A stretch of DNA of 64,000 nt from Atractiella rhizophila (lineage: Eukaryota), in contig MU271271.1 in assembly GCA_021432655.1 (NCBI GenBank), forward strand, positions 1-64,000. The letters are read 5' to 3'. Below are positions 52,599 through 64,000 of this stretch, piece by piece (the stretch's first letter is position 1; the number at the start of each line of letters is the position of its first letter). A model generated the notes under the pieces. That model saw nothing but the letters and a program-made list of their open reading frames with translations. It ran no database searches and was not told the origin of the DNA. Position numbers and translations under genes: made by a program.

Positions 52599-54722
52599 GG
52601 GAAGTGTGTCCGTGGTTTAGTTTCACTATGGAAGGAATACTGGACTAGGCATATCGCAGGACGGAACACCACTACATTGTGCGCTCTTTACTCCGAATAT
52701 CTCTCCACTTCTGGAGTTCTGAGTTTGAGTCTGAGTTTGAGTCTGGTCTGTATCTCTATCCAGTGGGGCGTCGCACGCTCTCCAATGCTCTAATGCGCTT
52801 TACTCCTTGTTTCCGCTTCTCTTTAAGGATAACACTACTCATCCTAACTATACTTTTTCGGAGCTCTTTCCTTGCTCTCTGTGGGATGGAAGTAATTCGG
52901 CACTCACTACTCGATACCCCAGTACCTCGTGTGGTTCCTTTGTCTCAGCCATTCCGTACCGCTGTTTACAAATATCAGCACATCGCGCAAGTAACATCAT
53001 CAACAACTCAAGAGATCTGTCTCTGTGCGACTCACAGAGAAATAGAGTCTAAAGCAGGTCTTGCTACGTAGGACATGCCTTGTCGTTCAGATGAGGAAAG
53101 AGCAAGGGATGATGACCTTCCGAGCCTTGCTATAGTCTATACATACTGTAGGGTCAGGTTGCAAAGCTCAGCAAGTTGGGTGACCGACGTGACCAACGGC
53201 TTGAAGAGGCTTTCTGACCTGCGGCTGAAAAATAGATGAGGGGAGTGGGAGAGCATGGACGCCCATATTTGAACACGCACGCCATAATATTTGATATGGT
53301 CCTTTGCTATAGCCATCGATATCGTTCTTTCTTAGCCTTCCATATCTTTGTTGGATCCTTCACTTCGCAACAAACTGCATGTGCCGAGCACAAAGAGGTA
53401 GTAAAAACCTGCCACTTATGCTTTCGTTACAAAGGAAAAAGAACTCGATACATGATACACCAAAATTCATTGAATTGTTCAAGAATTATTGAATGCGATG
53501 GAGAAGAAACTTTTGCGTTGACAGAAATCTTCAGGCTGCACAGAAGATGAGGTACGGTCTACACCGTCAAAAACAGAAGCCTTCATAGGTTTATCGAGCA
53601 GTGCGGTACATATCTGTATTGTACTCGAGTTGAGTAACACCTTACGAATTGAATCCAATCTGGAGGAATTACATCTCAGATCTCAAACTTGAAATGTTCT
53701 GTCCTTATCACAGTCATGAAGTAAGGCATGAGTGAAGTTTCACTAACACACGACTGGAGGTGTTTATAGTGGCACCGCACGAAATTAAAGGACGCTTACC
53801 CCTCTTTCCTTTATCCGAATATCTTCCCTCACTCTCCCTCATCCTTGTAGCTACGAGTTCGTGTACAACACAGAAGCGGGACTTCCGTCCCACCGATTCC
53901 CTCCCCTACAGTCACGGATGAATGCTGCCAAGATGACGAGGAGAAGCGTTCTTCAATATTCTTCAAACCCCGAATCTCCTCAACCCTTCCTCCCGTTCGT
54001 TTCACATTGTTTGTCCCTGATTCATGCCGAGCATGCGGTTTGTGGTTCGTACTAGAACACCAGGCAGAGTGCATTTCCTCCTCTCCTCAACTTTGAATTC
54101 GATGTCCAACGAAAAGCAGATTAGCACGCGCCCTTCCATAGGCTGAGAAGATCAGGCAGTCCTTGAACACTTGAACAAACATCCCTTTGACACTTCTTAC
54201 CGTTCTCGTGGCCATGAGGCTGACCAATGAGTAATGCTATTGCTCTCTTGTGAATGCTCACTCCTAGTCGCTGTTGTTAGGATATTGGATCACCATAGAC
54301 CCCTACATACCGAAGGACTTTTTGCGGTCATACACACGTTTCACCATACCTAACGCATCGCCAGATGCCACGCCAGACCTACAGCTCCTGGGTATTACTC
54401 AAGCTTCCGTCATCATCTTCGGTCTCGAGCTTATTCATTCACCCGTGTCCATGACGATGATAGTCCTGCAACATTCGCCGCTGCTCATTGCTCGCAACCC
54501 TGGATTCTCGGATCCTGCACCTTGCTTACTATTCAACCTCCTTGTGCCTATTCACTGTCGAGAGTTATGGAGATTTGGGAGAAGTAGGTTTTATGGAGCG
54601 TAGAATACAACGCCATAAAAAGACCTAGAGACACATCATGTCAGGATTCATATCGCCAGTAAACCAGTCACTAGATCAATCTTTAGCCACGGCAGCTTCC
54701 TTTGTTCCGTAATATTCTAGAG

Positions 54723-56176
54723 ATGAAATTTTCTGTTCTTGCACTCTCTTTTATCCTCCCACTCACTCTCTCAGCATCTGTTATCGGAGTTCCAGAAGCC
54801 CACAGAGGCCACAGAGGACATTGTGAGCATCCTCATTCGTCCCGTCCTTCCTTCTAATCCATGGACTAGCTCATACCACGACCGTCGCCAGCGGCGCTGT
54901 CACGACTACAACAAACACCAAACCTGCCTCTGGATCGGTAATCCCGACTGTCACCGCGTCTGTCTGTACGCCGTCTCTTTACTCTTAATTATCCTTCTTT
55001 CTGATGAATTCGTAAGCTGGGCCGGTTCATGTCACGACCGCTACCGCTAGTGGTGCTGTGACAAGTCAGACAGGGACCAAACGAGCCTCTGCATCCGTAA
55101 TCTCGACCCGAACGGCATCTGTTTGTAAGCCCCCACCATGCTCTCATCTCCTTGTTTTCTAATCCATCCATAAGCTGGACCGGTACATGTCACGACCGCT
55201 ACAGCTAGTGGTACTGTCACAAGGAAGACGGGGACCAAGCGAGCCTCAGGATCCGTGGTTTCGACTGGAATTGCGTCTGGTAGTGCGCACACTCCCTATT
55301 ATTCACTTTCGCTCTTTCTAACGCATCGACAAGCTGGACCTGTTCATGTCACGACGGTCACCGCCAGCGGTGCTGTGACAAGTCAGACAGGGACCAAACG
55401 GGCCTCTGCATCCGTAATCTCGACCCGAACGGCATTTGTTTGTACGCCTTTCCTTTGCCCTTCCACAACCTTTTTCTAATGCATCGACAAGCTGGGCCAG
55501 TTCATGTCACGACCGCTACCGCTAGTGGTGCTGTGACAAGTCAGACAGGGACCAAACGAGCCTCTGGATCCGTGGTCTCGACTAGAATTGCGTCTGGTAG
55601 TGCGCACACTCATTGTTATTCACTTTCGCTCTTTCTAACGCATCGACAAGCTGGACCTGTTCATGTCACGACTGCTACCGCCAGTGGTGGTGTGACAAGT
55701 CAGACAGGGACCAAACGAGCCTCTGGATCTATAATATCGACCCGTACGGCGTCTATTTGTGCGCCTCTCCTTGTTCTTAATGTGGTTATGTTCTAAACGG
55801 TAGATAAGCTGGACCAGTTCATGTTACACTGACAGCGGTGCTGTCACTACCAAAACAGGAACCAAACCGGTTTCCGGAACGTCGATTTCAAGTGGAAGCA
55901 TTGTCTGTATGCTCTTCCCACTTCCCTATCCTATCTCTGACCTTTGATCAAAGCTGGACCTGTTCGAGCTACCACCTCTACACTTAAGAAGTTAACGACG
56001 ACAAATACCGTGAGCCGATCTCATGCTATTCTGCCTAGCGGGGGCATAGTCAGTACGTCTTCTCCCATTTAAGGTATCCCGGTACTGAACCTTCTGACGC
56101 TCTCTCAGCTCGTTCTGGATTCACGTCTATCTTCGTTTCCAGTCCTGCTAGTGCAGCCTCAACTGCTCAAGTTTGA
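54723..56176 (+). CDS. Secreted Ser/Thr-rich repeat protein, one exon per 36-aa repeat, KR in each core repeat
   Basis: Signal MKFSVLALSFILPLTLSA. Exons 54723-54822, 54870-54965, then five 108-nt exons (55017, 55175, 55334, 55492, 55651) and a 98-nt exon 55809-55906. Introns are phase-1 GT-AG of 47-51 nt. The 3' end is approximate. Confidence 0.85.
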
Positions 56177-56574
56177 AGAAGGGGTGTTTATATGGATACT
56201 AACTGCGCTACAGGAGATAAAGATTCACTTGTTTCGGCATTCCTCGATTTCGGAATCTATATGCTCAATGGACATACTACAATTTATTATCGTGAAACTC
56301 AGGCAATGTCTTCCCTTAGAAGCGCTTTCAAAATCAAATTCTAAAACTTTCCCAATACTCAAATCTTGCGCCAAATCTTGCGCCAACCTTGCACGTGTTG
56401 GAGAAATGTGGGAGTGGTCTGCCTTCGGACAATTATTATTTTAGAGTTTGGCGCGGTTATCATTTTGCCTCCAACGAAGAACGAAGAAGAACAACTCCTC
56501 TACCATTAACGCCTCACCAGTTCCACTGCCAAAGCTACGCATTGTAGCGACAGTTTTCACCGGATCATAATAAC

Positions 56575-57617
56575 ATGCCCCCGTCAACCTCTGAACTTGA
56601 AGTTCCTGCTCCTTCCATGATCAACCGAAGTTCTCTCCCCACCTCTATAGTATCTCAACTTGAAGATGAGTTGCTTCCGTGGCCTGCGCTGGTAGCATTC
56701 GATCTGGAGTAAGTCCAGCCTTTGGTCTTATTCNNNNNNNNNNNNNNNNNNNNNNNNNNNNNNNNNNNNNNNNNNNNNNNNNNNNNNNNNNNNNNNNNGC
56801 TCACACATTGAACCCTCACAACATCGGTAAACTAAAGGGTCGACACGCACGTGTATCCGCCAATCAAACGTCCATCCCCTACAACTCTCAATAAGGTGGT
56901 TGACAAAAGGGGCTACGACTTCTCGCTCTACCCAGACGTTCCTGCTATTCTCTCGTTCCTACGGTCCAGGAAAATAATGGTTGCCGCGTGCAGTCGGACC
57001 TCAGCGCCTCCAGCGTGAGCTATCCGCTTCTTTGCTTGTGTCAAAACCTCAAGCGCGGTGTTTACTCTGCCAATCCAGAGCAAGACAAGCATTGAAAGAG
57101 CTCCTCATCCCCGTTTCCTCCTTCGAAGAGGGAAAAGCAGGTGAAGGAATGACGGAGAGCGCCATCAGCATGTTCGATCAGTTAGAGATATACCCAGGTC
57201 CGTAACTCTCCTCTTTCTATTCCTGAACTGTCTCATTGATGTGACCGCGGGGACAAGGAAGCAAAAAGGCTCATTTCCGGGCATTGCATGAGAAGCGTGG
57301 CGTAAGCTATGACGATATGGTACATTTCATCCTTCGATATTCTCCCTCAAAGGCTGAATTTTCGTGACGTCGAATGTCCTAGTTGTTCTTCGACGATGAA
57401 TACCGCAATTCAGAAGTGAGCAAGCTCGGCGTCACATTCTGCTTGGTTGATGAAGACATCGGTGAGTGCCCGCATCTCATCTTGCACGAAGATACATGCT
57501 AATTTCATTTTACTCTGTTCCGCTACGGCCTGCGTCACAGGCGTGGATTGGGCGACATTCGAGAAGGGTTTGGATCTTTGGAGGAAAAGTAGAGCAATGT
57601 ATGGCGATGGACACTAA
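56575..57617 (+). CDS. MDP1: Magnesium-dependent phosphatase 1 (HAD-IIIC)
   Basis: LVAFDL(D), WVDTHV, LYPDVPAIL..ACSRTSAP, QLEIYPGSKKAHF, MLFFDDEYRN..LGVTF. One small exon probably lies in the N gap. Confidence 0.88.
56734..56798. other. Assembly gap (65 N)
   Basis: Run of n characters. Confidence 1.
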
Positions 57618-57983
57618 CTGGGAGTAAGGGAAGCGGCTGTCTGGTGTTAACGCCTCCGAATGTGCTGTGAACCGAAGGGACAGTAAACACCAGCCCATCA
57701 TTTCCAAGAGTAAAGGTGGATAAAGTATCCAGAGTGGAAGTTCCGTAGCATTCAGTGTGCAGAGTGAATGAGGAAAAGTCATCATATTTCCAATGCAGGC
57801 AGGGGAAGCGTGATTGCCAAAGGTATTTATGACTGAGTTAACAGAATTATTGTCCGCGGATGACGAGTGTAAATTGTCCATTTGGGTAGTGATTAGAAGC
57901 CATCGTCTCGTTGTGAGTTTCTACATCCAGCCAATCAGTGGCCAATTATCATGTATCCACGGCAACTCACCCCTCAATCCATG

Positions 57984-58831
57984 TTAAGCATCACTCGGAG
58001 CGGCAGGTGCCCATTCGCTGGCAGTTTCCGTCACATTATAACTGAAACCAGCGGTAGGCAGAGCAGTTTCCGTCACGTCGTAGTAGCTTGTGCTAGTAAT
58101 ATTGGGCAGCGGAACCTCCGTGAAGGTGACACTGGGATAGAAGGTGAAGGAAGATGCATTCGCGACAGGGAGAACGGTCACGCAGGACGGAAAGGCAGTT
58201 GCGACACCACTCGCAATTGTGCTCGTAACAGTGGGGTAGTAAGTCGTCGCATTCACGACGTAGGAAGTGTAGGTGACGTCGTAGAATGACGAAGCGGTGT
58301 AGGTCTCGGAGACATTGTAGAGGGACGTGGAAGCGTATGTCTCAGTGACGTTGTAGAAAGATGAAGGAGTGTAAGACTCGGTAATGTTGTAGTCTTGCCC
58401 AAGAAGCCCAATAAAATTTTGCAAAGAAGAGAAAAAGAAAAGAAATTTACCTGTGTGGTTCGCGAATGGCTCGTTCGTGGGAACAAGGAGCGGAAGCCAA
58501 GTGGCTGTTGGAACATAGCAGACAACGCCGCTGGCAGTAGCGGTCGCCTGGTAATAGCTTGTCACAGTAATATTTCCTTGGGCGGTCGCAGTTGGAATTG
58601 CGCCATTGAAGAAGATGGAGGTGAAGTTGCCAGACGGTTCGGCTGTTTTCTTGATTAATCCGATGTTGCTTCAGGGAGAAGAGAGTGCTTACGACCTGGG
58701 CCTGCATTCAGGCTCTCGAAAACCGCAGTCACGTTCTCTAAGACAGGTCCTGGAGCTGTATTGACGAACGCCTGAGGGAGCGCATGGACAACCGACAGGA
58801 AGAATGAAAGAGCAGGGACGTTCAACTTCAT
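57984..58831 (-). CDS. Secreted glycoprotein with Y-N/D-V-T-E-T repeats
   Basis: Signal MKLNVPALSFFLSVVHA (ATG 58831), two short introns, repeats YNITESY/YNVTETY/YNVSETY/YDVTYT and many N-x-T/S sequons. Confidence 0.75.
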
Positions 58832-61749
58832 TTTGTATATATATCAAATATCGATCGTGAATATCTGAGTGTGATGAAAGAAACCAGTTAGAAACTAGGA
58901 ATGAAGAATGATGGACGAGGAGGGCATTCAACAGCCCTCTTTATACCATCAACCACTTGCTCCAGAAAACCTTTTTGCGACCTGCGTAGAGATCAAACCG
59001 CACAAAGAAACATTATGCTTGGGCTTGGCGATGTGAACATCCGAAAATCCTGTGACAGCAGCGAGAATCCGAAAGACCATGCTAAACAAAGTTCACAATA
59101 TCAATGAATGTCATTGAATACTTTGACCAGTATGCTGAGATGATTCACGGAGAGCGGGAATGCTGGTGACCAACGGCGCAGCAGAGGTGGCGACTTAGAT
59201 GGTGACAACGTCGCTCCGACTCTACTTTCTACTGAACGGAGATCCGTTCCGGGATCCTCTCGTTAGATGATGGATATCTTTGCTTTATGCTTTACGCGAA
59301 GACGCGAGAGCGCGCAAGAGTGAGCATGACTTGGAACCTGCACGAAAAACGCCATGGCTACGCAACCTCGCTAACTAGAAAGGCCCAGCTCAAGCCTTTG
59401 CAACTAAAGGCAGCCAGTAAAAACAACCCAAAAAGGGCGAGTGAACTTTTTTCCAGAAACTGTCTGAAATCGCCTGGCGAGGTGAAAAAACGCACTTCGG
59501 GTTTTCTCGCATAATACGCGGACGAGTATCTCAGAAGCACAACAGGCGACGTTGATTATGGTCTTTTGACAGTCATCGGCATCCTAGTTGCAAGATTGCA
59601 AAAACGACTAACTCTTTCGCTACATGCTGGCAGCATTAGCCCAGCATCTTACACGCGAAGGCCTCCCTCCAGTCAATTCCAGAGTTCATCAGGGAGACAT
59701 CGCCCACATTTGAAGGACGCGTTGACTGCCGATATCGAACCCTTTTCCGGGTTGGAAAAACATGATTTCATAGCTTAAAGTCGACTACGAGTGCATATTA
59801 CGCAAGGAAACGGTCCACTAACGCAGCAATTGACGTTCTGACTGTGCGAAAAGGAAGCCCTGGAAAGGACATGTGCGAACAGTACCTCTAGTAGTTGTTT
59901 GTGGCTTCTGTTAGTGTTCGTGCGTTATAGTAGTGGTTTGAATTCTGGAGACTTCATGACAGTGTTTGTAAAATCATGCTCGCCCACAAGAAACAGGAAG
60001 GAAAGTCGCGCGTCTAACGCAAAGCAAGTCTTTCTCCCCTCATGATCTGCGCCATCCCCAGCCATTCATTGAAAGAAGGGAATAGGCACCTCGGATTACG
60101 AACCCAGATACACAATACTACCTAATAAAGTACTTCAGTGAATTTGAATCCTTAGTACAGTGTTAGATACGGCAGAAATTCTTTCGTTGTCCCTCACCTG
60201 GCTAAAGAGAATACGGACAGACGTGACCATCTCAACACCCATGGCTAAATTCTAGCACATTGCACTTAACACCTTCGACACCACCACTTTGTGAGCGTGC
60301 CATAGACCCGAGGCTCTTGGGCTCCTACATCCCAGCTCCAGCGGTAGTCTAATGTTGCGATGCAATGAACAGAAGGTTCGTCGATCTCTGTCCTAACCTT
60401 AAAGTTGCGCTCGTGGCTTATTGTTTTTTTTCTTCGGATCTTGAGCGTCAAGGTAGGATAAATCAAGGAGGAGTAATCAGGAGGAGCAAGAATGGTGCGT
60501 ACCCTTTTAAAGATTGTGCGAGTGCTGACTTCAAGTTAGCCTCGTAAGTCTTCTTCTTGCCGTAGATTTGGCAGTGACATCAGATGGTCATAAGGGGAAA
60601 TTAAAGACATCAAACAGTTCGTATTTGCCATTTGGGAGGTGGTGGAAGTCTGAAGCTTGTGGGTACAGATTCCTCGAAATTGCTCGGCGAAAGGACGCCA
60701 AAGGTCGTTCCTCCCCATCCCTCATCTCCTCCTACAAGCGCTAACAACACAATGTAGCGGCTCGCATAAAGCGCACATATCCCCGCGCAAACGCAAAACC
60801 CTCAGTCGCCGCCGCCACCAAGAAGTCTAAAGCCCTTGATTCCGCACAACCCGTCACCAAGTTCAAGATCCGATGCTCAAAATACCTTTACACTCTCGTG
60901 CTTGCTGATGCCGAGAAGGCAGAGAAGCTCAAGCAGAGTCTCCCTCCAGGTAAGTCCTCTCTTCGAGTTTATGAAGCTAGCAAGAGTAGGGTTAAATGGA
61001 GTTGTTTGGCAAAGGTCTTACGGTGGAGGTCATTGATAAGACCACCAAGAAGAAGAAGTGAGCTGTGAGGCTAGTGGAGGGTTTATGTCTGTATGCAATT
61101 ATGCACATCGATTCCATTATATGTTTTGCACGGAAAGGCTGTCACAGAAGACGTCATGCTCCGTTTTCATCGAGCACAATCCGCAGGTGCATATCCAGGT
61201 AATATCTAAGCGGAAAGCATGGAAGCTTTGTCTCAAGTCAACGTACGGCTCATCCGCAAGAGAAGTGATATCTCCAACTGAACTGCTCTTCGCCAGTCCG
61301 GCGCCCGTTTCGTCAAGGAAGCTTTGACGAAGCTTGCATGAGAGCGATTCTTATGTGGCAGGCAAGACAGAATCAGCTTGGTTCATGCTGTAAGCAATGT
61401 TCTGTCCTCAATCGCTCTTCATTGTTCAACTCACATGCAAGGCAACAGTAAGGAAGCGCACAAGATCAATAGGGGAAGCGGATGCTATCCTCTTTCTCTT
61501 GTGGTACCGTTGTTCACACTTGACAACGGTCGAACTACGAGTCCATCCACGAGTCCCCTTCATGAGCGCTTCCCTGTTCGCTAACACCTCCTTTAATCTT
61601 GGGCAACTGAGAGGGATGTGAGACTCTGGAGTCTGACCCAGCCGCCTAATATTTGGAGCCAGAATGGAACGATGCCTTCTACCACTACCAATTCTTCTCT
61701 TGCTCCCCCGACTCGCAAATTCCTGACCTCTCGCTGTTTGCGTACTCCC

Positions 61750-62045
61750 CCCATCATCATCCTCGCAAAGGAGATGTCCTCCTCGCACCGCTCTCCAAAG
61801 AATTACTGAACACCAAGATGCGCCTTCATCTCCACTTCCCTCAAAGCCAATCCCCAAGGAACCAGTGGATGAAGTCTCGGAAGTCAAACGAGTCCACCAC
61901 ACAGTACTTGAGTGTTATCTCATATATGGCTGTTGCATTTTTGAAGGTGCTCAAGAACTCGTGGGAAACGAGGTTTGATGTTCTTCGCCCCCGTCGACGT
62001 CCAGGAGGGTGACGGTGTGTGGGTGTGATAGGTCGAAGGGAGAGG
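61750..62045 (-). pseudogene. F-box-like family C-terminal relic
   Basis: PFDLSH..DVDGGE, SNLVSHEFLSTFKNATAI, EITLKYCVVDSFDFRDFIHWFLGDW, with frameshifts. Confidence 0.8.
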
Positions 62046-63394
62046 CAGCACGCGGATGAACTCGGGTGTTCTCTTCATCCGGTGGACTTTGCGTTTTAGG
62101 TGTTATTACCTTCACCATGTTTCCTTGCATCTCAGTCACTGTCAACCCCGCTACTGATAGCGGGCTTATCGGTTCGGTTACGATACCGTCCAACAGTATG
62201 CCGACATTGTTCACATCGAGGATGGACTTGAGTGACCTGAAGAAGCACTATAAGGTGAATGGTGGAATCTTCTCGTTTGTGATGATGGTCTGGACTGATG
62301 CCATAGGCATATTGATTTCTGAAGCCACTTTGCTGATGATGAAACAGAATAAGGTACTGTCAATGTTGGACGAAACAGGGTTCCTGGCGTGGAAACCCTC
62401 GTACCGAAACGGTCCTGTCTTCCAGGTGTAGCTCCCATAGGCATGGTGCTTTCTGACAAATTTATTAGCGCTGCGAAGTGCAAGATAACAATGAGTATAA
62501 GTTGCATTTAGTATAAGGAAACTACATTACCTGCGAAGTGCCAGATAACAATGAGTATAAGTCTCGCACTTGCAGGTTTACAAGCTTTTATAACAGAGAG
62601 ATCCCTGTGGCAAAAGATTGGCCACAGTTCCAGAAAGTGCTCGAAGGAAACGAAACGCGCAAGTGCGCAAGTGGCGAAAGGAGGAGGAGCACGATTCTGT
62701 CACTTTCTTCTTAGCCATTTCTATATAATTGTCTTATGGATCTAGTCTCTCGCTAGCAAGTGGGAACTTGATTCCATATCACTTTGCACTAACAGTCCCC
62801 AGTGAGTGCAAACGATATAAACAGTTATGTGATTGGGGAAAAAGATATGAAGAAAATATATTGAGCCATACTTATAATAAGTGCACATGTTTGGCATGGC
62901 ATCCGGAACCCAAGGCAAACGAGCCAAAGAGATGAAATCCACTAATCTCCAACAATGCGAAGAAGTGAAGCATCAAACAAAGGCTTTCATATTTGTTTGT
63001 ATGGGAGCGACCTCTTCTTTTCTTTTCAGATAGGATCAACAGTTTTCTACCCAAAAGGGTTGAAGAAATCGGCTCATACACAAATTCAAAATGGATTAGA
63101 GGCTTGTCGCTCTGTTCTTCCGGTCCCTTCGAGTCTGTGAATTTGCAACAGGTAGCAGGACAATGACAGGGAAAAGTAACATATTTAATTTGAACCTCAC
63201 GGGAACAGACTTGATGAGCCAGTGGTATCGTCCAAGCTCTTAGTCTAAGTGTTCGGCCCGGCAAAGGAAAACAAGTCAACGAGTCCTCCAAGTTCGTTCA
63301 TATTCGCAGGCACCGCCTTCAGTCGTGGGCTGCTGAGAGGAGTCGAGAGTCTGATACAGTCGCTTCGCATTTCGCATTAGGTGTGTGGATAGGA

Positions 63395-64000
63395 TTATGC
63401 TTTCTCCTTCTCCTCCCCAGGCTCCCAAATTCCTAACCCGTCCGTCCTTGCATACTTTGCCATCGTTCTCCTCGCAATCGCAATCTCCTCCTGGCTCCAC
63501 TCTCCAAAGAATAAACGAACCCCAAGGTGATGGTTCAGCTTCCTCCCATCTTCCCGATCACCGCTCTCAGCTCCCCTCACCTGCCAATCCCCAAAGAACC
63601 AGCGGATGAAGTCCAAGAAATCAAGTGAGTACAAAACACAGTACCGGAGTGTTATCCGGTATATCTCCGTTGCATTTTTAAGGGTGCTGAAGAACTCGCG
63701 GGAAATGAGGTTTGACGTTTCCTCGCCCCCGTCAAGGAACAGCTCGGTGAGCCGTGTGAGGTGTGACAAGTCGAACGGAGTGCGTAGGATGGAGGTCTTT
63801 CCATCAGCAGAGAAGGGGGCGAGCACGAGTGTGAGATGTTCCAGAAGAGGTGGCAGAGGATGATCTGAGATGGAGGAAGGGAGAGGACATAGATCGGAGA
63901 GATACAGGTAGCGGAGGGTTTGTGGGAGAGAGTGTGACGAAAGAAGCATGTACTTGTAGAGATCTAGGTATTCAAGGCGAGATGAGAAGTGAAGACCCGC
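63395..64000 (-). CDS. F-box-like family paralog, 3' part (5' end outside the window)
   Basis: Frame open from the window edge: LFLDGGEETSNLISREFFSTLKNA..RYCVL..WFFGDW..LFFGEW. Confidence 0.85.
   Translation of the reverse strand, partial: AGLHFSSRLEYLDLYKYMLLSSHSLPQTLRYLYLSDLCPLPSSISDHPLPPLLEHLTLVLAPFSADGKTSILRTPFDLSHLTRLTELFLDGGEETSNLISREFFSTLKNATEIYRITLRYCVLYSLDFLDFIRWFFGDWQVRGAESGDREDGRKLNHHLGVRLFFGEWSQEEIAIARRTMAKYARTDGLGIWEPGEEKEKA

Noticed and set aside
54860..55960. CRISPR-like repeat-spacer appearance
   Set aside because: The repeats are 108-nt coding exons and the spacers are GT-AG introns; no cas genes, eukaryotic context.
59100..61650. Scattered short ORFs
   Set aside because: No recognisable motifs or consistent splice structure.

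Overview
Eukaryotic DNA, almost certainly fungal and probably basidiomycete. This is inferred from the short GT-AG introns with CTRAY-like branch points and from the Zn2Cys6, CBM1 and FunK1 kinase families present. The left ~16 kb is a rearranged accessory block: a decayed CACTA/EnSpm (Tnp2) transposon with a head-to-head partner gene, surrounded by duplicated gene fragments (CBM1, F-box-like family, RPN5). The rest holds intron-split genes: HSP104 with a perfect heat-shock element, a FunK1 kinase, a BTB protein, an amidohydrolase-3 protein, a secreted unknown-domain protein with three CBM1 modules, a Zn2Cys6 TF, TatD, MDP-1, two secreted repeat proteins and at least six copies or relics of an expanded F-box-like family. 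The most notable items are: (1) a secreted protein the ORF track misses, built from tandem 108-nt exon + ~50-nt intron cassettes, with a Lys-Arg site in each core repeat (candidate Kex2-processed repeat peptide precursor); (2) TatD split by a 1.3-kb solo-LTR-like insert with a 5-bp TSD; (3) a 1.69-kb tandem duplication creating a DNA-binding-only Zn2Cys6 mini-gene; (4) the unrecognised Cys-rich domain fused to CBM1s. Several 1-bp frameshifts fall in homopolymers, so some pseudogene calls may be sequencing errors. All family calls are from motif recognition by eye; no database searches were run.
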